Positions 22,801-31,371 of a stretch of DNA of 63,013 nucleotides are shown piece after piece. A program made the position numbers and the translations under genes. Every line of letters begins with the position of its first letter. Position 1 is the first letter of the stretch. This stretch comes from a virus. Its lineage: Duplodnaviria; Caudoviricetes. The notes below the pieces were generated by a model. That model was not told where the DNA came from. It ran no database searches and saw nothing but the letters and a program-made list of their open reading frames with translations. The stretch is taken from the IMG/VR virus record IMGVR_UViG_3300037961_003042, positions 1 through 63,013 of that record. One strand, 5' to 3'.

Positions 22801-24206
22801 CTGCTCAAATGGACATACAAACATCTCCTGCTTATAATCAAATAAAAGGATTCGTTCAATCCCCAGAGCTTAATAAATTAATTCCAGATGAAAAGGTTAG
22901 AAAATTAGTTGTAGATAAAGTAGTAAGCTATATTAACAGCGCAAAAAAACAAAGATATTTACCTAAAGAAGAAGCAGGATTGGTGTCTAAAGGATTAGAT
23001 TTAATTGCAAACTTGGGTGTAGGTAGAGCTTTAATACAAATATTCCAGCCTGTAAAACAAGTATTGCCTGTTGCATTGAACACGATTATAAACTCGAAAG
23101 GAAATTTAGATATTACTTCTTTTACTAACATTCCTCTTCAAAAATGGATTGACTCTGTTGGCACATCTATAGCTATAAGAGGTGGTTTATCAAGCGCTGA
23201 TTTAGCAAAGCTTGAAAATTTTACAAACAGTGATCAATTTAATGAGTTAATTAAAGATCCCATAAGATTAATTAAAAAATTAAATACGTTAGGATTGGAA
23301 ATATTTTTAGTAAATCCCGATAAAGCAATTGCTAGAGTATCTTTTATTACATATTACAAACAAAAATTAAAAGAAAAAGGAGTTGATGTTAATGCTATTG
23401 ATTGGGAAACACATAAAGCAGACAAAGAAGCACTGGCATATGCTGAAGCTCAAGTTGATCTACAACAAAATATTTCTAGCGCTGATATGTTTGGTGAGTT
23501 TTTCAAGTCAGACAATGTATATAAAAAGAGATTCAGGCAATTAATACTTCCTTTTGCATCTTTTGCAATGAATTTAAAAACCAGGATATATACAGATGTA
23601 CCTGTGCTTTTTAGTAAGACCGCTAGTAAATCAGAAAAGCAAAGAGCTGCCCTGTCTATTGCCTCAGCAGGTGTAGAAATAGCTGCATTTCAAACTATCG
23701 GAGGATTAATAACCGCTATGATGTCTAAAATTGGATATGATGATGATGAGGAAAAAAGAAAAAAACGAATTAATAATATAATAAAAGGCAGAAAAGGAAA
23801 TATAGTTACTGAATTTTTAAATCCTGTTGCTCACCCAATTGTTGACCGCCTTATTTTAAAAGGCATTAATGAAACCATGAGCGCTATCACTGGAGATGAT
23901 GAGAAAATATTTTTTGATAGTGACACTAGTAAGCTACAAATTTCAGATGTTACCGGGCAGTTTGGTATTCCACTTACTCGAGGAAGTGAAATTATTGAAA
24001 TAGCTGAACTCGCATTTGGAGATGGAGTATTTACGGATCGTTTTGGAAATAAAAGAAGGATAAGCAAAGAGTCTCAAGAAAGATTAAAGACATCAGTAAT
24101 ACCTTCATTGTTATACAACCTAGGTTTATTACCAGCGGAACTTGGTACCCTGACAAGATACCAATTAAGAGAAGCTAAAAGCAAAAATACTAGGAAGGCT
24201 AATTAA
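16887..24206 (+). CDS. Giant internal virion/ejection protein with zincin (HExxH) domain
   Basis: 2439 aa; G/A-rich hydrophobic helices around aa 590-800; TLVHELFHAV...EEFLAE metalloprotease motif; acidic linkers. Confidence 0.65.
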   Translation: MNEEALQQIYSLAVEEGYTGDMAEFYTLLQTNGDALNTVYDIAKDEGYKNSQKSFEVLLGLKKKEENFPELFPSKYQSSNLPSDLDLNIKIDNKETYFKIKDDPELNQIAIKDNAFFDKIDKELQKDYGKKEELKPGTLLIPQREINPETGQKFSDATPTYISNLVLQMSELPENVKPLLKKYINISRDKSYDSRKDVPAVPGSTQPTMVESLVDRIELIRKNAPYMNKEELAKLIKDNPEVIKEFDSIAMSELEKFTDITPETFYKYNKDNRSVETREKKDAPQEKLEIVQDLFSGIQGFDLNELTNYIDEDVVSYESDPLTDIQEAFIGRSSVEIGKRNRVIQAIQDGNLDLLAKYSNQNYEDEDDAERNALALDMEKARALGMYVEDKVQFINDRIATLKLNPEKNKEAIDKLTEDRKNLVINFGQFNRQNLPFLNNYMYQKKQRLADEYVSGDMGLYNPGDVLHGGYVGVREVLEGGYGAAVDVTSMVLDKFGLDPLAEDLRIHRSLNNLLWTDNSIYSYASGKVVMHNGKKYIVTPEGQVIDEEREVDVAFFGEQAGIDINEIRNKARTSKKTESTVSLYGTYATGANVLGNLVVQIGGMKGVGAVLKGGGKLATSMGVNTLSKTATMRANAMISTGAVIYSTTYNQALEEARSLGLPEPMAQKYADEIATTTSVVGSLAAVTISPNFGAQQLFARTSPKQIARYLIKNKTTDNIPDKVLQFLKGAAVEGTFEAIQESTELFAEDYARRKINKELGEELFKPVFTKTSVINNTIAAFASAGLLGGAGRVNTSRVTFYNRLGSNQELFQKYMKMYVEQGLIDQIGADKIVNEVKNYHQYKNKLPENLRNSSDAIKLTNLLAEKARLQDLLKTQDEVFNKDTRTRIEAIDNEVKRISDKAAGKKTSPSPEIKEEQTITDQQAIDAIAKDNEGRKERGEELIGFTEQDISNKKQELLKQQQDASTEQSAVAQTSQDQSTTTTEVAEGVPGQVQQPTGEADTQAEGTVDTTTETEVTPEDELTAEVEAVTEQEAEQELDELLNEAEAKNENVTTVGTQGRNKSISRKASAQTKAEGLNTKTPEGKRRFMQIKSEITQLFNKKMRTLKRAANLLGKILPNTKIVLAETKADYARLRGKKSNSIGAFRVTKDGKTAIFIDVSDLSYDKGIETLVHELFHAVLYKKFGRNKEKIRRVTDKMVKELQKTLKNSKDRELEIIGDQLVRFSKQYSRGEQTEEFLAETLGFLAERFDRVRRNSKALKVVVNFVNKISDLLGLGKAKKELAKDPDRVLRALALVAKKLQSGEVLQDTDFDIINEIEAEVDQEGTDAPIVTGAVDFVTETDTTADEDVTVTVLEDVEVDEDVEVDETTTQDRVVEKKKKPTTTDATSTTLLRKISTEIKKAIREAKSQQNKIKREVALAIREAAKQGTLSAKQALVLAKRALTLNVDSPLAVERFILYTKKALTDADSIFKLKTANTFRQQLKKIGKSKTIDAAIAAAAKNFALIDPIYVEDLDLYNQLAQELVDGSKSSRVLKGELKQKRIADLAKINAFADNQLEKEKAEILATMRDEFEAMTGIDPKDMTYGQMMDYLNKQETPSVKDESIIRKAVTTMFKKYSETIKQMLSSGVDAATGNPLDLTAAQKSIVKRFMDMDLSVMGIKDVIKAVDALNSFIVNRNTGGMETVVNNNTGASNVSQMVKDNKTVKPRNKFKALYEGVVIPYLKQIATLPMTLKTILGSLDNYIDFQIKSGLRDFISGQAKAIVNTNNMVKDYVKKFGKLRPNNEAFDSTRNNIERGLYAFLVRTTSGDIDSSKKEFKRRLRLVEQSIAKYQRGNKEQKETAEILQKIYDKIKNAESSSEIENAFDQVNKDAVAFWQNEWAKVYPELAQTSYNIYNQILGNDVNYTPDKFSVFEADVEVDLDNESAFGSFSGTLFNKKAGVLFESTKPQQLPGNRVVNFNFDSNMSNSMEAAQMDIQTSPAYNQIKGFVQSPELNKLIPDEKVRKLVVDKVVSYINSAKKQRYLPKEEAGLVSKGLDLIANLGVGRALIQIFQPVKQVLPVALNTIINSKGNLDITSFTNIPLQKWIDSVGTSIAIRGGLSSADLAKLENFTNSDQFNELIKDPIRLIKKLNTLGLEIFLVNPDKAIARVSFITYYKQKLKEKGVDVNAIDWETHKADKEALAYAEAQVDLQQNISSADMFGEFFKSDNVYKKRFRQLILPFASFAMNLKTRIYTDVPVLFSKTASKSEKQRAALSIASAGVEIAAFQTIGGLITAMMSKIGYDDDEEKRKKRINNIIKGRKGNIVTEFLNPVAHPIVDRLILKGINETMSAITGDDEKIFFDSDTSKLQISDVTGQFGIPLTRGSEIIEIAELAFGDGVFTDRFGNKRRISKESQERLKTSVIPSLLYNLGLLPAELGTLTRYQLREAKSKNTRKAN

Positions 24207-24209
24207 AAT

Positions 24210-24233
24210 AAAAACCCCCGCCGAAGCGAGGGT
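24210..24233 (-). terminator. Rho-independent terminator at the convergence point
   Basis: Minus strand CCCTCGC-TTCG-GCGGGGG-TTTTT (UUCG tetraloop). Confidence 0.8.
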
Positions 24234-24240
24234 GGTTACA

Positions 24241-24645
24241 TTAACTAAACTGCTCATTAAAAATATAAGCAGCAGGCTTAATTAACTTTTCATTCAACTC
24301 ATCATTAGCATAATGCTTGAATTTATATTTCTCAAAGTTACTTAAAGCAGGAACTCTAATGTTGTAATTTTTCCAAACATTTGCTTTTGCTTTGTCAAAA
24401 GAATTGCTAATGCCAAAATAATATTTAGGCGAATTACCCCAGGGTTTTTTTACTACTCTAGGATCTCCATTCGCTTTCATATATATAAAAGTGATTCCTA
24501 TGTTTTTAGATCCTATGCCCACAAATGTTGATTTTAAAGGAGAGCAAGTCCCGTCTTTGTTGATACATTTCTTTGGATGATAAATTGTTGTGTTAACTAC
24601 TCGGCCATTTTTTTTACGACCAATTGTAAAGTCAATTGTTTTCAT
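24241..24645 (-). CDS. Hypothetical basic protein, moron-like
   Basis: 134 aa with its own full promoter upstream and terminator downstream. Confidence 0.6.
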   Translation of the reverse strand: MKTIDFTIGRKKNGRVVNTTIYHPKKCINKDGTCSPLKSTFVGIGSKNIGITFIYMKANGDPRVVKKPWGNSPKYYFGISNSFDKAKANVWKNYNIRVPALSNFEKYKFKHYANDELNEKLIKPAAYIFNEQFS

Positions 24646-24676
24646 AATATTTAATTTAAGTTAATAAAAGTTTCTA

Positions 24677-24708
24677 CAAAGATAAGTAATTATTTTGAAT
24701 TATGCAAA
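24677..24708 (-). promoter_or_regulatory. Complete Bacteroidetes sigma-A promoter
   Basis: Minus strand TTTG-N20-TATCTTTG. Confidence 0.8.
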
Positions 24709-24736
24709 TACTCTGCAAAAACTTTACAATTAAATA

Positions 24737-25849
24737 TTAGAAAAAATGTGTAAGCCTGGCTACTTGGCCGTGGTTTATATGGTGAACAAATCCTTCCACG
24801 GCTTTTGGAACTCCAGTGTATCCTTTACGATTATGCCAGCTGTCAGATGATGATGGGCTTCTTAAATATTCAACGGTTACCCCTATGAAATCTTTGCCGT
24901 CTAACCATTTATGTTTTATTTTATGATGAAGATGATGCAAATACCAATATCTTCTTTTAGCTTTAGCCCACATAGATGGTTTTTCTTGAGCCATTAGTAA
25001 GGGTAGGTCTGAAAGCTTGGCGCCGTCACCATGCTCTAATCCTATTAAAGAGTTTCCGTATTGATAATATTTTCTATGGTTTACCGTAATATCAAAAGTT
25101 ATATCCTTGGCTTTTCTGAACCATGCTTGTAGTGTGTGAGCTAAATGAAATCCTGATTGATAGTCATGATTACTCATGCTGTGTACTACATCCACAGGCG
25201 CCACAACTCTAAGCATCTCAATGCACTTAACGTACAGTTTTAAAGCTATTTCGTAATGCTCCCACCATTTACCATCTGTGTCTTGTCTTGTCCCCTTGGT
25301 TGTAGTATTGTATACATTGTCTACATGCAACACATCATTGCCAATACAAAATAATATTTTATCTATATCAAACCCGATTGACTTAGCAAGCAAACCTTTT
25401 ATACCCTCAATTACTCTTTCGCACGCCACATCTGTATTATACTCCTCTCCTGTTTCTACCTCCTGTGCGTATTTGCCAATGTGTATGTCAGCTGGATTTA
25501 TTACCAGTAAATGCGGCTCTTTGCTTTTAGATCTTTTTATATTTTTATACGTAGGCGCGTGATCATGTATAAATTTATTTACATTCTTCATCATCTGCCC
25601 TTCGTCTAAACCATAATCTTCTTTAGTTACAATTGAAAATCTGTACTCACCTGAAGCGCTTTGCCAATGCTTCACACTTACAACAGAGTCAGGATGAATT
25701 CCTCTTTCATTTAAATGTTTACGTAGCTCTGAGTTTTCATTTTCATTTACATTAACAAATGCATTTGAGCGATACTCAAGTATTAGCTCTTCTTCCTGTG
25801 GAGATAGGCGTAGCCTTCTACCATAGGTTTTAGTAGGTTTAGATTTCAT
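24737..25849 (-). CDS. Calcineurin-like metallophosphoesterase
   Basis: PADIHIG, IGNDVLH, SNHD, LEHGD, HHLHH motifs. Confidence 0.8.
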   Translation of the reverse strand: MKSKPTKTYGRRLRLSPQEEELILEYRSNAFVNVNENENSELRKHLNERGIHPDSVVSVKHWQSASGEYRFSIVTKEDYGLDEGQMMKNVNKFIHDHAPTYKNIKRSKSKEPHLLVINPADIHIGKYAQEVETGEEYNTDVACERVIEGIKGLLAKSIGFDIDKILFCIGNDVLHVDNVYNTTTKGTRQDTDGKWWEHYEIALKLYVKCIEMLRVVAPVDVVHSMSNHDYQSGFHLAHTLQAWFRKAKDITFDITVNHRKYYQYGNSLIGLEHGDGAKLSDLPLLMAQEKPSMWAKAKRRYWYLHHLHHKIKHKWLDGKDFIGVTVEYLRSPSSSDSWHNRKGYTGVPKAVEGFVHHINHGQVARLTHFF

Positions 25850-26027
25850 CCTGGTAATTTAATTGAGTTTGTTTAAGTAGATGGATTAGAGAGTTTATGC
25901 TGTGATCTAAGTTGGGATAATCTTGATCCGCTAGAGCTTCGTAAATTTCATCAGATCGGTCGTGAATCTCTTCCATCAATTTATTGATGTAAACAAAGTT
26001 GACGCCTGATGAATTTTTTACACTCAT
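25839..26027 (-). CDS. Hypothetical protein
   Basis: 62 aa, overlaps the next gene in the operon. Confidence 0.55.
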   Translation of the reverse strand: MSVKNSSGVNFVYINKLMEEIHDRSDEIYEALADQDYPNLDHSINSLIHLLKQTQLNYQDEI

Positions 26028-26121
26028 TTACTTTATATCCATAATATAATATCGTATTCCCGTAAAGTGTAGTTAGTTTTACTGTAAGTTAATAAAATAT
26101 TTTAATAAATACACAAAAAAT

Positions 26122-26457
26122 TTAAAGAAATTTTGCAAATTCTTTAATACCTAAGTTAGATTGTAAATAAAATTTTTCTAATTGCGTAAATATTTCGTCC
26201 GAATAAACTACTTGTTGGTGGAGTTTGAATTTTTTTTCTTCACCATTTTCAGTAAAAAGATAAAAGGTATTATCATCACTAAAGCTTGGAGCCAAACATA
26301 CATCATAATATGAAACTAATTGAGTGTGATAGTCAGCAATAACACTTTTAACATAAAGTTCTGAACTATTAGTTATAGCGCCTATATCTTGAATAGGAGT
26401 CTTAGGATCTTCTTTATATATATCTAAAATCTTAAAACGCTTGGTTGCTTTTCTCAT
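26122..26457 (-). CDS. Hypothetical protein, possible N-terminal HTH
   Basis: ILDIYKEDPKTPIQDIGAITNSSELYVKSVI resembles an AsnC-type HTH. Confidence 0.45.
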   Translation of the reverse strand: MRKATKRFKILDIYKEDPKTPIQDIGAITNSSELYVKSVIADYHTQLVSYYDVCLAPSFSDDNTFYLFTENGEEKKFKLHQQVVYSDEIFTQLEKFYLQSNLGIKEFAKFL

Positions 26458-26767
26458 ATATTAAATAGTGTCCTGCATTTATGTAATCTAAATAATCATT
26501 TGCGTCTATCTCACGAATGTCTATTAAAATTAATGAATTAGTTAGATATTTCAAAAATTCTACCTCAAAATAAATTACTTCTGATTTTATTTTTAACGCT
26601 CCTCCTATAATTTGCGCTTGCTCATCAATCTCAACCTGAGATATAAGTCCTTCTAAATACTTGGATATAGATATAGCTCTCTTGATTCCAAACCCTCTAA
26701 TGTTTTCAATGAATAAATCTTCTACCTCAACATTATTCTCCTCTATATATTTCGACTGTAAACCCAT
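26432..26767 (-). CDS. Hypothetical protein
   Basis: 111 aa, packed in operon. Confidence 0.5.
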   Translation of the reverse strand: MGLQSKYIEENNVEVEDLFIENIRGFGIKRAISISKYLEGLISQVEIDEQAQIIGGALKIKSEVIYFEVEFLKYLTNSLILIDIREIDANDYLDYINAGHYLIYEKSNQAF

Positions 26768-26975
26768 ACTCCTGCAATTCTTTTAATCTATACTCTTGTA
26801 GTTTTGATACTTTACCATTGGGTTTTTTTATTTCTGAAAAAACAACAGGCGCCCCAGGTGGTATTGCTATCACATCGGGTATGCCGTTTTTATTTGTCTT
26901 GATTAACTTGATTACGTAGTAACCAGCTGACTCCAACTGCTTAATTCTTTTTGCTTGAATCTGCTGTTCAGTCAT
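26733..26975 (-). CDS. VRR-NUC domain nuclease (Holliday-junction resolvase-like)
   Basis: MTEQQIQ...GIPDVI...FSEIKKPNGKVSKLQ; true start is the ATG at 26975. Confidence 0.85.
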   Translation of the reverse strand: MTEQQIQAKRIKQLESAGYYVIKLIKTNKNGIPDVIAIPPGAPVVFSEIKKPNGKVSKLQEYRLKELQEYGFTVEIYRGE

Positions 26976-26976
26976 A

Positions 26977-28221
26977 CTATAAAGATAAGAAATCTGATTT
27001 GAAATGTTGCAAGGTGTAGTCTTTCTTTTTTGACACTGCATTATAAATTTGTCTTTCTATTCCGTCTTTGCTAAAGATCCAGTATATATCATTTTTTAAT
27101 CTGTCCTTCGTGGTCATCCTATCTCTTGATTGCCAGTAAGATGTGGCGCTAAAATCTATATTATAATAAACAAGACAGTCCGCTTGTTTTAAACTTATTC
27201 CTTCTCTACCGCTAACAATTTGAAGTGCAATATGCTTGTTTGTGTTTTGAAATTCTGTAAGGTCAGTGCAAAGCTCGTCGCCAAATTCTTCTTGCAATGC
27301 CCTCAACTCTGCAGTAAATTTGTAAAAGATTCCAATCTTTTTACCTTTAAATCTTCTTTTAATAAACTTAGCTTTACTAGAATCAAACACCATGGACTTA
27401 CCGCTTTCAAATTTAACTGTGCCGGAATACATTTGATGAAGTTTACTCATCAACTTTACACCGGTGTCAGCTAGAATAACCTGATCCTTACCTTGAATAA
27501 CTAAATCCTTTTTTAATCTTTTACACAGCTTATAGGTGTCCTTAGACATAGGTACAGTTAAAATTGTTTCAGTTGTTTTTACTTTGTACCCCGCCTGTCT
27601 TTGTGTATAGGAAATTGTGAAAGGCTTCATGGCGTGTATAATTCCTATGTTTCCATCAGAATAATCTTTAGTGTTAAACCCATGAAGATACCTTAAAGTA
27701 ATGTTTACATAGAGTCTAGCAAACTTATAAAAAGTATTATATTTTTTAAAAGGATTATCCGGATGCCCATAAACTTGGTGGTACATTTGGGAATATGACT
27801 CAGGTGTTGGGGTACCGGATAGCAATATATAATACGGATTATTAATCTGTATCAACTCTTTAACTTGTTTGGCGCGTTTACTTGGTTTAGGGTAAGCGCC
27901 CATACTATGCGCCTCATCACACACTATTACATCCCACCCTCTTTTTTTAATTTTATGTAAGCTTTCGTAATTAATTACTTCAAGCTCAAAGTTAGGTAAC
28001 AGCATACTGTAATCGCTCTCAATACTACTAATAGCTTTTTTCTTGGTAATAAATAATACATTGTTTACATACAGGTTGTTACAAATACCTAAGCTGGTAA
28101 GAGTTTTACCTGTTCTAACCTCCATGGCTAAATACAAAAGCTTGTTGCGAAGCAATATACCCGTGCCTTGGTTTATTATTTTCTTTTGATAGTCTCTGTA
28201 TTCAAATGGTTTTAACCTCAT
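26977..28221 (-). CDS. SNF2-like SF2 helicase
   Basis: RTGKT Walker A, CDEAH, LSGTP, SGREGISL, QSRDR. Confidence 0.85.
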   Translation of the reverse strand: MRLKPFEYRDYQKKIINQGTGILLRNKLLYLAMEVRTGKTLTSLGICNNLYVNNVLFITKKKAISSIESDYSMLLPNFELEVINYESLHKIKKRGWDVIVCDEAHSMGAYPKPSKRAKQVKELIQINNPYYILLSGTPTPESYSQMYHQVYGHPDNPFKKYNTFYKFARLYVNITLRYLHGFNTKDYSDGNIGIIHAMKPFTISYTQRQAGYKVKTTETILTVPMSKDTYKLCKRLKKDLVIQGKDQVILADTGVKLMSKLHQMYSGTVKFESGKSMVFDSSKAKFIKRRFKGKKIGIFYKFTAELRALQEEFGDELCTDLTEFQNTNKHIALQIVSGREGISLKQADCLVYYNIDFSATSYWQSRDRMTTKDRLKNDIYWIFSKDGIERQIYNAVSKKKDYTLQHFKSDFLSL

Positions 28222-28483
28222 ATTTTTTTCTTAGTTGACTGTAAACATTTTTAAGCCCTTCCATTGCATCCTTTTGTGTCTTATAAGTTTTACTGCCAAC
28301 AATTTCACTGCTATAATATTCTGCTCCATATATATCTCTATAATAATCCTTGCCGTGCGCTGATATACCACCCTTACGGATTGCAATGCGGTGATCTTTA
28401 TAAGTACCTGGTACAATATATACTTGCCAATCATTATCTACACACCAATTAAAATCAGAAATCCAACTCGGATTTTGCCTCAT
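28202..28483 (-). CDS. Hypothetical protein
   Basis: 93 aa, overlaps both neighbours. Confidence 0.5.
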   Translation of the reverse strand: MRQNPSWISDFNWCVDNDWQVYIVPGTYKDHRIAIRKGGISAHGKDYYRDIYGAEYYSSEIVGSKTYKTQKDAMEGLKNVYSQLRKKYEVKTI

Positions 28484-30884
28484 CTGTTATCTGTTTATTT
28501 TCATCGTTAAACATTATCCATCTGCTCTTATTGTCCCTACCCTCGTCAGGGTTTGTGCCTGTCGCATATATACCGTAAGACACTAGCCACTGATAAAACT
28601 TTACTCTTGAAACTGTCATCTTTGCTTTTGGAGCAAAGTCAGGATTGTCTTGTATAAAATCTAAATACAACTCATGCTTATATAACTTCTCATTAAATTT
28701 AAGTTTATCAGATCCAGGTGTTCCTTTCAATAAACCACACCACTCTATAAATTCATGGCATGTTTCAGCTGACAACTTTCGTATTTTTAAATTAACAAAT
28801 TCACTTTTGATTAATCCACTTTGTAGGTATAACTGCAAAGATTCAATCATATAATTGTCAAACGCACACCACTCTTGCTCACTCCAATCTCCAAAAAATA
28901 ATTTACCAAACTCCATAAACGGAGTGTGTGTAGTGGTGTAATGTTGTTTAAATTCAAGCTCCCATTTTCTTCTTTCAAAACTTTGACCAGCTCCTTTTAC
29001 TGCATAGTTTGTTGTCAATATTAGTTTTGGGGATTTTTCAAATGGAATCTTAATTGCATCTTTGTTTTTCTTTTCTAATGTGATACCCTCAGTAACTACA
29101 CTAAACAATCTTTCAAACTCAAAATGTTTTTTTATATCATCAAAGCAAAGCAGTTGTGTATCAGCTGACACAAGTTGGTAAGCAAAGGATCTTTCAAAAG
29201 CAAACGCCTTGCCATCAATAATCACAAGCTTTTTCATTTGACCTAAAGCATTGACCAACAAGGACTTACCAGTGCCACCGTTAGGCTGATCAGATATTAC
29301 TTCGTCATTCAATATAACAGCTGGTGAATATGATAAATTCTTGTGGGCGTGTAAGAGGTAACCCAAGGTACTTTCCATAGACTTCACCCTAACTTTATCC
29401 TTGTTGCAAACATTAAATATAAATGTTTTAAAATCACAATGCGTATCTTCACACTCTTGATATACCCTATGAATTACATGGTCTTTCCATACAAACCCCT
29501 CCAAGTCTAAGTAATCTATTATAGTGGTGTCATTCTTTGTAATTTTTACAGCACAGTTTTGAAAATATAAATAAGCTGTATCTCTTGTGTCTGCAATAAA
29601 ATAAACATCAACAGATTTCAACATAGATAAAAAGTCGTCTTTGAAATACCTAGTCTTATCAGCAAAAAAATTGTATATAGATTTATCTTCTAATGAATCT
29701 AAATATTGAAGCACGAAATCTTTTATTTCATCTTCGCTTGTATGATCAATAAGATTGTTTTCAACCCTTACAAATATAGAACTCTTACTCCCTTCAGGTG
29801 TATATTTATAGAACCCGTTTAGATGTAGAAAATCTCTAAATAAATTATGTATGATTGTGATCTTACCTTTCTCGCTTTTGTGCCAAAATATTTTATTGGA
29901 ACTTTGAGTATCAAAGTCATAAATGATTTGATCTATTGCTTCACTGCTTACGTTTTGGGTTTTCAGGTATTGTCTTACCTGTTGTTTTGATTCGCCGGTT
30001 TTTAATTTTTTTTTTATGTCGTTTATCTTCGACTCATCTTCATAAAATTTTGTACCAAAGTTTCCTACATTTCTGTATGCCGAGTCTATTGTTGTTTGGA
30101 TTTCTAAAGCTGTGAATGATTGGCTTTCAAAATCTTTCATAATATATTCAGCTAAATTTTTGTTTATACCAAAGTCATTGAAAGCAGAAGCCAAAATATA
30201 AACATTGTTATTGCGCTCCCCTTCAACCAATCCATATTTTTTAGTCCACCACTTCATTAGGATTTCTACAATTTTATTTTCATTTGTTATTGGAAAGACA
30301 GGAACACTGGTGTGTGTATTTTTTTCCTCAAATTCTTCCTCAATTATTTCATCAAAGACTTTGCTTTCATCATTTATATATATAAATGGATCATAGGATT
30401 CGTAGCACACTCTACTTATATTTTTACTAGTCGAATCAAAATATTCATTGTTAAATTGTTTTGATAATGCTTTAAAATAACTTGAATGGTTGTCAGGATC
30501 AACTGGTACTCTGACCAATACCTTTAGTCCATAACCACTAGGGGAGTGAAATGCAGAATGTACTATATCGTTATCCATTAAAGACAGTTTATAATCCTCT
30601 ACATCTTTTTTAGTTTTGAATCCGTCAAAGTCCAAGCATATGATACCGCTGTACTCAACCAACGAATCATCATTTCTTTTTTGAAACTTGCCAGAAAAAC
30701 AAATGGCTGGCAGTTCTTGTTTTAATAAATTTCTTTTTGTTTTGTCTTTTTCTTTACGAATCTTTTGAATCAATTCTTTTGACTTACCCGCCTCTATACG
30801 TTGAAGAATAAAAGATAGTGGTCGGTAAAAAGGAGTTGAGGTGTCCTTTATATTTTTAAATATTGTAATTTCTTTTTGATTCAA
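28455..30884 (-). CDS. Primase-helicase (BT4734/VirE-N AEP primase + PriCT + SF3-like helicase)
   Basis: LPAICFSGKF, GIICLDFD, HSPSGYGLK, RVCYESYDP; GERNNNVY (PriCT); GGTGKS, CFDD, LTTN. Confidence 0.85.
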   Translation of the reverse strand: MNQKEITIFKNIKDTSTPFYRPLSFILQRIEAGKSKELIQKIRKEKDKTKRNLLKQELPAICFSGKFQKRNDDSLVEYSGIICLDFDGFKTKKDVEDYKLSLMDNDIVHSAFHSPSGYGLKVLVRVPVDPDNHSSYFKALSKQFNNEYFDSTSKNISRVCYESYDPFIYINDESKVFDEIIEEEFEEKNTHTSVPVFPITNENKIVEILMKWWTKKYGLVEGERNNNVYILASAFNDFGINKNLAEYIMKDFESQSFTALEIQTTIDSAYRNVGNFGTKFYEDESKINDIKKKLKTGESKQQVRQYLKTQNVSSEAIDQIIYDFDTQSSNKIFWHKSEKGKITIIHNLFRDFLHLNGFYKYTPEGSKSSIFVRVENNLIDHTSEDEIKDFVLQYLDSLEDKSIYNFFADKTRYFKDDFLSMLKSVDVYFIADTRDTAYLYFQNCAVKITKNDTTIIDYLDLEGFVWKDHVIHRVYQECEDTHCDFKTFIFNVCNKDKVRVKSMESTLGYLLHAHKNLSYSPAVILNDEVISDQPNGGTGKSLLVNALGQMKKLVIIDGKAFAFERSFAYQLVSADTQLLCFDDIKKHFEFERLFSVVTEGITLEKKNKDAIKIPFEKSPKLILTTNYAVKGAGQSFERRKWELEFKQHYTTTHTPFMEFGKLFFGDWSEQEWCAFDNYMIESLQLYLQSGLIKSEFVNLKIRKLSAETCHEFIEWCGLLKGTPGSDKLKFNEKLYKHELYLDFIQDNPDFAPKAKMTVSRVKFYQWLVSYGIYATGTNPDEGRDNKSRWIMFNDENKQITDEAKSELDF

Positions 30885-30899
30885 TTGTTAATGTAAATT

Positions 30900-30955
30900 A
30901 AAAAGAGATAGGGTGCTGATAGAAGTGCAATCTTAAACTTTCGCACCCATTCTCT
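30900..30955 (-). terminator. Long-loop hairpin plus U tract between SSB and primase
   Basis: AGAGAATGGGTGC...GCACCCTATCTCT followed by Ts on the minus strand. Confidence 0.4.
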
Positions 30956-30967
30956 GTTAACTAAATT

Positions 30968-31222
30968 TTAGAAGTTGATTGATAAATCATCTTCCTGTGT
31001 GCCTACACTCGTAGTTTCTTCTTTTGCTTTAGGTGTTTCAAAGTTCATACTTAAATAACTTTTCTTTCCGTCCTTTGATTTATTAACCCAAGCAGAAATT
31101 TTCCAATCAACCCCGTTTGGATCTTTACATCCGCCAGTGTAATGAGGTTGGTTGTTTTCGTCTGTTCTGTTTTCATTCACAAACAAACTCCCCTTTCCTT
31201 CTTTGTGTACGTAATTACTCAT
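30968..31222 (-). CDS. Single-stranded DNA-binding protein (DUF736-like)
   Basis: GSLFVN...QPHYTG...WKISAW...YLSM with acidic/aromatic tail EDDLSINF. Confidence 0.7.
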   Translation of the reverse strand: MSNYVHKEGKGSLFVNENRTDENNQPHYTGGCKDPNGVDWKISAWVNKSKDGKKSYLSMNFETPKAKEETTSVGTQEDDLSINF

Positions 31223-31371
31223 GGTTTTACTTTTATGTTTCGCTCCAATAAATCTATTAAGTTCAAGATAATTTCAGTCTTATCTTCTTTTGATTTGCAA
31301 GTCATTGGAACTTTAACCCACAATTCAAATTCTTTGGTTTTAATAAACCAATTATAAATCTTTTTCAACAT
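31219..31371 (-). CDS. Small hypothetical protein (50 aa, not in ORF track)
   Basis: MLKKIYNWFIKTKEFELWVKVP...; fills the gap, ATGA-coupled to SSB. Confidence 0.5.
   Translation of the reverse strand: MLKKIYNWFIKTKEFELWVKVPMTCKSKEDKTEIILNLIDLLERNIKVKP

Noticed and set aside
986-24067. Numerous 60-106 aa antisense ORFs inside structural genes
   Set aside because: Shadow ORFs opposite long, well-supported genes, without start context. The same applies to those opposite groEL, the fibres and the terminase.
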